From: a virus
IMG/VR virus record: IMGVR_UViG_3300033489_000513
Reading direction: 5' to 3' (one strand)
Length of the DNA stretch: 45,510 nucleotides
Made by a program: the position numbers and the translations under genes. Below the pieces are notes generated by a model that was not told where the DNA came from, searched no databases, and saw only the letters and a program-made list of their open reading frames with translations. This document shows positions 38,505 through 45,510 of the stretch, in pieces. Each line of letters opens with the position of its first letter. The stretch's first letter is position 1.

Positions 38505-39476
38505 TCATTTTTTTAACCACATTCTCACATCCTTTCCTTGGGCTTTCTCATATTTAACAAAGGGCCGATTACTAATTAAAAGTTCATGCCGACCAGCGGT
38601 AGTCGCTCCTGCAGCGCAGGTATAACTCCATCTCACGGATTTGATATTATATTGCTTGAAATATAGGCGGACAATATCCGAATCTTCATTCGACATAATC
38701 CAAGGATGCGGGCTGACTTTCAGTAACTCGGAAAGATCTCGCAGATCATCTTCCGTGAATTTTATTTGATACCCTTGCTCTTTTATATAGGGAGGATCAC
38801 AATAGATGAATGCATTTCCTCCTGGTCCTGTAGCCCAATCATTCACTTTTTCAATACATTTGCGGAAGTCTAAGTCCCAAACTCGGACATCTCGTGTTAA
38901 GCAAAAATTGCGGAAATGTTTATAATGATAATAATCCCACGGTTTGCGGCGTGCTTGGATGTAATCAAACCCAATCTTGGGAATATTGCTAAAGTTATTC
39001 CGATTCCCGATGTAATACGCCACAGCTTGAGAAACCGTATCGGGCAATTGTTGGAACATCCAATAAAAGAGGGGAGCACGAACAATGGAATTTACAATGG
39101 TTTGAAAAGAATCCCATTTCCACGTTTCTGACCGCCACATACTTTGAACGCATTCAGGAGCTTCGGGATATTTCTTCAACAATCGCTTGAATTTTGCTCC
39201 AAGGAAAATGCGGAGGAAATTCACGAGTTGCTCATCTTTATCATTAATGATCGTCATTGGGGCATCTATATTTAGGGGTACTACACCACTTCCTGTAAAA
39301 ACATCTACAACAGTAGTTTTAGTGGGAACGGGATATCCAATAAGCCCAAAAATGTAGGGGAGTAGGCCATCCAAAGCATTGAATTTACCGCCATATAATC
39401 CCATAGCAGCGGGTTTATATTGTCCCTTGTGCGAATGGAACTCTTCAATAATATCATCAAGAAAGGCAAGGCTCAT
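38505..39476 (-). CDS. Dam-like (D12 class) DNA adenine methyltransferase
   Basis: YGGK, DVFTGSG, IND, YCDPPY, ELLISN. Confidence 0.88.
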   Translation of the reverse strand: MSLAFLDDIIEEFHSHKGQYKPAAMGLYGGKFNALDGLLPYIFGLIGYPVPTKTTVVDVFTGSGVVPLNIDAPMTIINDKDEQLVNFLRIFLGAKFKRLLKKYPEAPECVQSMWRSETWKWDSFQTIVNSIVRAPLFYWMFQQLPDTVSQAVAYYIGNRNNFSNIPKIGFDYIQARRKPWDYYHYKHFRNFCLTRDVRVWDLDFRKCIEKVNDWATGPGGNAFIYCDPPYIKEQGYQIKFTEDDLRDLSELLKVSPHPWIMSNEDSDIVRLYFKQYNIKSVRWSYTCAAGATTAGRHELLISNRPFVKYEKAQGKDVRMWLKK

Positions 39477-39498
39477 TTAATCACTTAAGCAGCGAGAT

Positions 39499-39786
39499 TT
39501 ATAACTCCTTCTCACAATTGCGAGAGTCCACAATACTATCAAGTCCATTGAGACGGAGGAATCTTTTTCCTCTTGGAGTTAATCCATATTTTGTATTGCG
39601 CCGTATTCCGATTTGCCGCATCAATTCTGATTTGATAAACCATCGTAAATGGCGGAAAACCAGATTTGAGCGAAGATTAGTTGCTTTTGAAATCTCGCGG
39701 GTTTCGACAAAACGTTGTTTTTTTAATTGTTGGAAAAAATACAAGATTTTCTGTTCGGGATATTGAAGGTTAGATGGGATTTCCAT
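39499..39786 (-). CDS. Winged-helix DNA-binding protein (start probably MEIPSN)
   Basis: TREISKATNL...VFRHLRW...KYGLTPRG. Confidence 0.55.
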   Translation of the reverse strand: MEIPSNLQYPEQKILYFFQQLKKQRFVETREISKATNLRSNLVFRHLRWFIKSELMRQIGIRRNTKYGLTPRGKRFLRLNGLDSIVDSRNCEKEL

Positions 39787-39790
39787 AAGA

Positions 39791-40699
39791 TCACAATATA
39801 AGGTGAGTTTGTGTGGGAGATTGTTTTTCACATTCAAATTCTTCAAAAGGAACTTTCCAATAACCCCATCTGCGATTTGCCCACCTTTGCAAACGGCGGA
39901 TCCTTGCATTTCGTTTATGATTAATATTAAACATTACAAAAGCATTTGTACCTAACTCACGAAGAACATTACAACGATGGAGAGCAGAATCAAAGCAATC
40001 ATTGGAATCAACATAAACGAAAAATTGAATTTCGTGTTTAAGGTTAAATCCCATTCTTTCCATTAAGGCTACTTTCTTTCTGATTAATGATTCTAAACGG
40101 TCCCAATCAAAGGCAAAAGAAATTGTTTTAAAATGCTTCATCGAATGTATGGTATTTAATTCCCATTTTCCCACGAGACGAATATCAAACCCTTGGGAAA
40201 ACCATACCTTCAAATCATTTTCATTACACCAATCGGTTGCTTTCTTGAATCCAATAGGATTCCACAATATATTATTATCAAGGAAAACTATTTTTTTGAA
40301 AGCGGGATTATACCATTTTTCTGGATGTTGCCATAAAATGAATGACCCTTCTTTTCTTGGTACAATACAAAAGGGACAATTACGCATACATCCGCGAGTG
40401 GAAAAACCAAGAGAATAATCCATTTCAGGATAGAGCATATAATCTGGTTTTAAAAATTCAATTTCATTGGGTAATCGAATATCTAAAGAATATCCACTTC
40501 CCCCTCGAATGATTTTCGTGCTTTTTGGAAATGAAGGAATTTGAGTGCGATTTTTAGTAAATATTGTCGAAATATATACAAGATCGGGATTTTGCGTGTG
40601 GAATCCTACAATATCTCCTTTTGTTTTATGATAGGTAGAAATTTTCATTAAAGCAAGGTTGGAAATTTTACTATCTACATCAATCAATTGTACGCGCAT
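39791..40699 (-). CDS. Radical SAM-family protein
   Basis: NLALMKIS, TRGCMRNCPFC, LDNN, QGFDIR. Confidence 0.85.
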   Translation of the reverse strand: MRVQLIDVDSKISNLALMKISTYHKTKGDIVGFHTQNPDLVYISTIFTKNRTQIPSFPKSTKIIRGGSGYSLDIRLPNEIEFLKPDYMLYPEMDYSLGFSTRGCMRNCPFCIVPRKEGSFILWQHPEKWYNPAFKKIVFLDNNILWNPIGFKKATDWCNENDLKVWFSQGFDIRLVGKWELNTIHSMKHFKTISFAFDWDRLESLIRKKVALMERMGFNLKHEIQFFVYVDSNDCFDSALHRCNVLRELGTNAFVMFNINHKRNARIRRLQRWANRRWGYWKVPFEEFECEKQSPTQTHLIL

Positions 40700-41646
40700 T
40701 ATTCAAAGAGTCTCCTTTGGTTGTTCGGAATTTTAGGGATTATTACTTCAACTTTTCCGTTAGGGTATTTAATACGCGAGGATATTCCCCCTTTATTTTT
40801 GGGATCTCTCGTTCCAATATCAGGAAAATCAACAATCGTTTGGAGCATATACAAATTATATCTCGCGAGTTGGTATCGCAAGAAGGTTGTGTGTTTCCCA
40901 AGCGTTTCCCCCGCATAGGAAGAGCAGGTTTCAAGCAAATCTTCATCTACCCCAAGCAATCGTTGATCTCCTGGAGGAAGTTCATTCTGGCGGATGTCGA
41001 GGAATTTCCCATGTTTTGCCATTGTCGCAGGAACGCTTGTATCAAAGGACGTGATGATATCTGAATGTTCGTGAAAGAAGTTTAGGATTTCCCCTTTTGG
41101 GAAAATTCCAAAAATGTGAATTTTCTTTTTATGACTCGCGAGGAGTTTCACGCCTTCTTTGATATGGATTAATTGCTCAGCGGGGGGTAATCCTAAGAGT
41201 CCTCCTAATCCAAAATATTCATAATCTTTGAAGAAGTGAAAACAATCTTCATATGGACGTTGGAGAGGAATTAAAAGTTTAGGAGGCGAAATGGGAGACG
41301 TTCCTATTTTATAGGTAGAATCAAAAGCTATTGATTTGCATACCTCCGTGTATTCCTCCAAAAAATTGGTCACAGAACTAATAGTTTTAGCTATCTCGTT
41401 AGGATAATCTTTGGGAACAATATAATCCGCGCCGATTTCCAATCCTTTCTTGATGAGCATTTGATTCGTAACTTCTCCTTCTTTTTTATTGAAAGAGGAA
41501 TCAAGGATTAATGTACCAGGAACGAATTTTCCTGCCATCATTTCCCCGCAATTATTCCTAACCGCCCGAGAAGCATATGAATAGGATTCCAAAATGTTAG
41601 CGAAGAGTACAGGCCAACCACCCAAAACTCCGAAGATTTTAACCAT
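40699..41646 (-). CDS. tRNA-guanine transglycosylase-like (DpdA-like) protein
   Basis: LILDSS, IPLQ, FGLGGL, IHIFG, SFDTS. Confidence 0.65.
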   Translation of the reverse strand: MVKIFGVLGGWPVLFANILESYSYASRAVRNNCGEMMAGKFVPGTLILDSSFNKKEGEVTNQMLIKKGLEIGADYIVPKDYPNEIAKTISSVTNFLEEYTEVCKSIAFDSTYKIGTSPISPPKLLIPLQRPYEDCFHFFKDYEYFGLGGLLGLPPAEQLIHIKEGVKLLASHKKKIHIFGIFPKGEILNFFHEHSDIITSFDTSVPATMAKHGKFLDIRQNELPPGDQRLLGVDEDLLETCSSYAGETLGKHTTFLRYQLARYNLYMLQTIVDFPDIGTRDPKNKGGISSRIKYPNGKVEVIIPKIPNNQRRLFE

Positions 41647-41647
41647 C

Positions 41648-42046
41648 TTAAATAGCTTCCCATTCTTTCATTTCTTTTTCAATCTTGGAAAGTTGCATTA
41701 ATTGATGTTGTAATTCAATAGCAAATTTTGCATTGCGTTGAAATGAATTTAACGATGTTCGGGTGATTTTTCGCATTTTATTTAATTTGTGGGCAGCTAC
41801 CCGATAGCTCTTGAAATGAGAATGTCCATCCACGATTTTGATTTGATATTTCAAAATCTTATTGAGATGGAATAATTTATCTCGCATCCTGCCCAAACGC
41901 GCATTTAGCAATTTTTCTACAATCCGTTTATCAGTATAGGTTTGTTCTGGGTGGAAATCTGGAAAAAGTAAATAATCCTCAGTCATTTTTATCATCTTGT
42001 ATTTCCATAAGGTTAATTTCATTTTTAAATAGATCAGGTATAACAA
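41648..42046 (-). CDS. Hypothetical protein
   Basis: ORF track. Confidence 0.5.
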   Translation of the reverse strand: MLYLIYLKMKLTLWKYKMIKMTEDYLLFPDFHPEQTYTDKRIVEKLLNARLGRMRDKLFHLNKILKYQIKIVDGHSHFKSYRVAAHKLNKMRKITRTSLNSFQRNAKFAIELQHQLMQLSKIEKEMKEWEAI

Positions 42047-42272
42047 GTTGATTTGGATTCTCGATTAATTCCCATATGAATCCACAATTTCCGCATTTGT
42101 GGGAACGATTGTGGTGGGGAACTGGATAATTATTAAGGGGTTTTATCCAATTATGAGCTTCACAAAGGAGAAACATAGACATCCACTCTTTAATTTGCAT
42201 CTCCGCACCACACTTTCCACAAAAACATTTCCAAGGTTCTTGTTGGTTTGTGCTTTCGAGTTCTTTGATTAT

Positions 42273-42890
42273 TTAATTACCTCCAACCATTCCGATCACC
42301 ACGAGACCATATTTGGCAATTTCTTCTGGTGTCCAAAAATCGTTGTTGTCAATTAAAACTTTTGCATATTCTTCGTGATTGTAATTACTCACAATACCCG
42401 TTTCTCTATCTATTCTTTCAACTAAACTGGTAATGGGTTTCACGTTAATTTTCATAATGAAAGTGATTTTATATATCTCTTTGTGATTGGTATATTCCCA
42501 TATTTTTCCCATTCCATTACAATTTAGGCAGTCTATATGATTGTACCGCCCACTTTCACAATAATCCCCATTTACAAATCCATCTCCATCGCATTTTGGG
42601 CATTTAATAGGAATATATTCCAGCTGCCAAAGAGTGTCCCCGATTTGATATTGAAAGTCTTCTTTATTCATACCAGGAATAACTCCTTCTACACAATTCG
42701 GGCATACAATCTGATCATAAGACGTGAAATCAATCCCATCTTCTTCAATCCATCCCCGACCTTCACATTTGGGGCATTGGATTCCCACAATATCTTTTTC
42801 CTCTAAATGATTTAATTTAATGTCAAATGATTTTCCCTTCAAGAATTGTTCAAAAAAAGTAGATTGACATTTTTGATTTATTATTTTCAT
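42273..42890 (-). CDS. Protein with DnaJ-type CxxCxGxG zinc fingers
   Basis: CPKCEGRG, CPNC, CPKCDGDG, CLNCNGMG. Confidence 0.65.
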   Translation of the reverse strand: MKIINQKCQSTFFEQFLKGKSFDIKLNHLEEKDIVGIQCPKCEGRGWIEEDGIDFTSYDQIVCPNCVEGVIPGMNKEDFQYQIGDTLWQLEYIPIKCPKCDGDGFVNGDYCESGRYNHIDCLNCNGMGKIWEYTNHKEIYKITFIMKINVKPITSLVERIDRETGIVSNYNHEEYAKVLIDNNDFWTPEEIAKYGLVVIGMVGGN

Positions 42891-43372
42891 ATCAACAATA
42901 ACACTCCTATGAATATACTTGCCATAATTAATCCGATTCCGTTTGATAACAAGAAAATCTGACTTTGTAACTTGCTCAACTTCACCACGTCTCCCTGCAA
43001 AAAATCGAGGAGAAGATGGGATGCAACTGCGGCAGAGAAATATACCGCAAATGAGATCGTGAAATTATAAATGAAAATAATACTCTGTTTCTCGCTCGCG
43101 AGCACGTCCGCCCGTGCATACATAGCCGCAATAGACATCATTATTAAAATGAATCCAGGGATGATCGCTGAATGAGTCAACGGATGTCTATGTCCCATAT
43201 GTAATTTGAGGTCGGTATCTGGGAAGAGAGCAAATAACCCGCCGAACAATACCGCAACTAAACACCCGATCGGAGAGAAGTTATGATTGATAACCCAGAT
43301 TACTATCCAGATTATAATACTCGCCATAATGCCGCCAATAAAATGCGCCTTGCCATCCATTAATATTTTCAC
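42887..43372 (-). CDS. Membrane metal-dependent hydrolase (YdjM-like)
   Basis: H...PDTD...HRHPLTHS...SHLLLD with transmembrane segments. Confidence 0.8.
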   Translation of the reverse strand: MKILMDGKAHFIGGIMASIIIWIVIWVINHNFSPIGCLVAVLFGGLFALFPDTDLKLHMGHRHPLTHSAIIPGFILIMMSIAAMYARADVLASEKQSIIFIYNFTISFAVYFSAAVASHLLLDFLQGDVVKLSKLQSQIFLLSNGIGLIMASIFIGVLLLI

Positions 43373-44272
43373 CTAATTTTCTGGTTCAAATTCTATAACC
43401 TTAACTTGTTTATTACAGAGGGGACACTTGTACCATCGATATTCCACATCGTTGATCTCATAAGAATCTCCATCACGTTCTAATTCACATTCACAATTCG
43501 GGCAGATTAATTCTACTACGATTGTAGTTGAACAAGGATAAGCACAATAGAAATTTCGATATGTTTCGCCGTGGGTTGTATAAATCCGAGGAAGAACATC
43601 TTTCCCACATTTTGGGCATTTTTTAACTATCGTTTTCATTCAGGTTTCTCCTTACCATATTTCATTTGGACGAGTTCTAACCAGTCGTGGAGTTCATTTA
43701 ACGCGGTCATATTCGGAATGGTGAATACGAGTCCTTTTTCACTGTGGAGGGTAATTTCGTACCCACCGAGTTCGGGATCTTGCATCACCTTGCCCCAGAT
43801 GCCCCTGTAAATGCGATTGGGTAAATAGTCTGTCATTTCAGATGTCACCCTATTTTAAATTTCCTTTGTCGTTTATATGCTTCGATGGCATTCTTCGCCG
43901 CCCGGCGCTCCGCCCGTTCGATGAGATCAGCTTCAAGTTCGACATATGCCTGAATTTGGTCAATCTCTCGCAAGGAAAAAACATCCGATTGTTTAGAAAT
44001 TACCATTTCAGTAAGGATACTTCGACAACTTCGCTCGATCTCAGCGAGAAACTTTCGCGTGCTTTTCCTCATTTCCAATCCTCCAAACAAAAGGCTTTCT
44101 CATACCATCGAATAATAACTTTCCGTTCCCGCTCAATGAGGCCCGCGATGTATTCTATCATCGCGTGGATGTACTGCCCCACATACGAGATTGACCGCGT
44201 ATTCTCTAACCGCGTGGCGAATTGAATCGAGCGGATCAAACTCGCGATGTATTGGCGCGTGGCAGATATCAT
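43373..44272 (-). other. Four small translationally coupled hypothetical genes
   Basis: ORFs 43373-43639 (zinc fingers), 43636-43848, 43845-44090 and 44069-44272. Confidence 0.5.
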
Positions 44273-44493
44273 TTATTTCGTTCCTCCATAATCTTTTGTT
44301 TCAGATACATTGCTAAATCCAATGCTTCTTGATACGCATCTATGAGAGCATTTCGCCCATTGAAAGTTTGAAGATAAAAACCATATTTTTCCTTGCCAGC
44401 TTCTGCTCTTTGTTTTAAATCTTCCAGAACCTCATTTAATACTGTTTCCCGCCCGATTTTTGGTGGGGGTTGTGAGATACTGTCAAGGGTCAT
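44269..44493 (-). CDS. Small MazG-like nucleotide pyrophosphohydrolase-type protein
   Basis: R...GKEKYG...DAYQEALDLAMYL. Confidence 0.5.
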   Translation of the reverse strand: MTLDSISQPPPKIGRETVLNEVLEDLKQRAEAGKEKYGFYLQTFNGRNALIDAYQEALDLAMYLKQKIMEERNK

Positions 44494-44496
44494 ATT

Positions 44497-45364
44497 TTAT
44501 TCTTCTCCATGACAAGTTTCAAATTCAATTTTGGAAGTTTTGCTCGCCTCATATTCTTTTTTCGTGATATGTTGCATTATTACCTTGTAATAATCACCAG
44601 TATAGTATTCAGTATAGTCTGGCGCAAAATTATTTTTACACATATTCGGATTGCGGATTCTCAATAACAATTCTGCAGGAAGTGATGTGTTTTTGTTTTC
44701 TTTACAACCTATTTCTTCCATTAAATTCACGAGAAATTGCCAGTAGGGATGCGTAACATTTCGCCGGCTCGCCCATCCCGCATTAAAGGTATCATTTATT
44801 CCCTGCCATTTGGCATATGTGCCAATATATATTTCCTTACCATTAGTTCCCAAATGAATTTTCTGGAGGAATTTCGGATTCTCGATGGTTTTTTTCATAA
44901 ATTCACTTTTTAAAATTGGAAGGTCTTTTCCGAAATCGTAATTGAATTTCGCCGCTTGGGTCGAGTGTATGTCGCCAATAGATGATGGCTATACATTCCT
45001 CACAGTAGGAAGTATTGAAATTTCGACATTTCCATTCTTGACAACCTGCTCCTTCTTCATTTTTGCAGATTTTCCGTGTTTTTATAGTTTCATCAGAACT
45101 ATACAGCGACATTCATTTACCACCTGGTGTAAGATCATCCCGAAGTCTGTTAAGAATTTCCGATTTCATTGTTTCTACAAATTCTTCCACGTTGAATGAT
45201 ATTACCACAGGCAATTTAATTTGTTTCCAAACAGTGGAAGCAATTTCCCTGAATTTTTCAAGATCACTTTCTATAAAGTCTTGAGGGATTCTAATTGGTT
45301 TTGCCCATTGAATATAAGGATATTCTCCCGTTCTCATCTCAAGAACGTGTTGCTCATCACCCAC
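44497..45364 (-). other. Three small hypothetical genes
   Basis: ORFs 44497-44898, 44903-45112 and 45113-45364. Confidence 0.5.
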
Positions 45365-45510
45365 AAAAAGCGCGCAAGTATATTCCTTCTCTTGAAATGT
45401 ATCATGACGGCAGAAACATTTACCCTTATTAGCATTTAACCAATCTTTCGCTTTTGCTTCCGCTCTCTTGTTTTTTTCTGTTTGGATATGTCCTTCATAA
45501 GAAAACTGAC

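Noticed and set aside
1-45510. tRNA or rRNA genes, reverse transcriptase/DGR, integrase, terminase
   Set aside because: No supporting motifs were seen by eye; tRNAscan-SE and HMM searches would be needed to exclude them fully

Overview
The window looks like part of a large tailed-virus (HK97-type) or provirus genome. The host is probably archaeal, judging from TATA-like boxes 20-30 nt upstream of start codons, oligo-T terminators and an AbrB-like regulator; this is an inference. The left end carries a head module: encapsulin-like major capsid protein, cement, scaffold and a DUF2213-like protease. The DUF1073-like portal lies about 18 kb away. Between them are two convergent, paralogous glycosyltransferase/radical SAM clusters that flank a type I-E Cascade cassette (cas8e-cas11-cas7-cas5-cas6e, an 8-spacer array and a mini-array), with no cas3, cas1 or cas2 in the window. 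The main candidate for a new system is this cassette. Its Cas11 carries an N-terminal T5orf172/MUG113-type GIY-YIG nuclease-like domain. Its two oldest spacers match (23/32 nt each, codon-wobble pattern, AAG/AAA at the PAM position) the B12-radical SAM gene directly next to the array. Together these suggest a Cas3-independent, RNA-guided homing or competition nuclease. There are also two non-autonomous IsrB (OMEGA) elements, both inserted before ATGA. The right half has six DNA methyltransferases, an HNH protein, a TGT/DpdA-like protein and many small hypothetical genes. All family calls come from motif recognition by eye, not from database searches.
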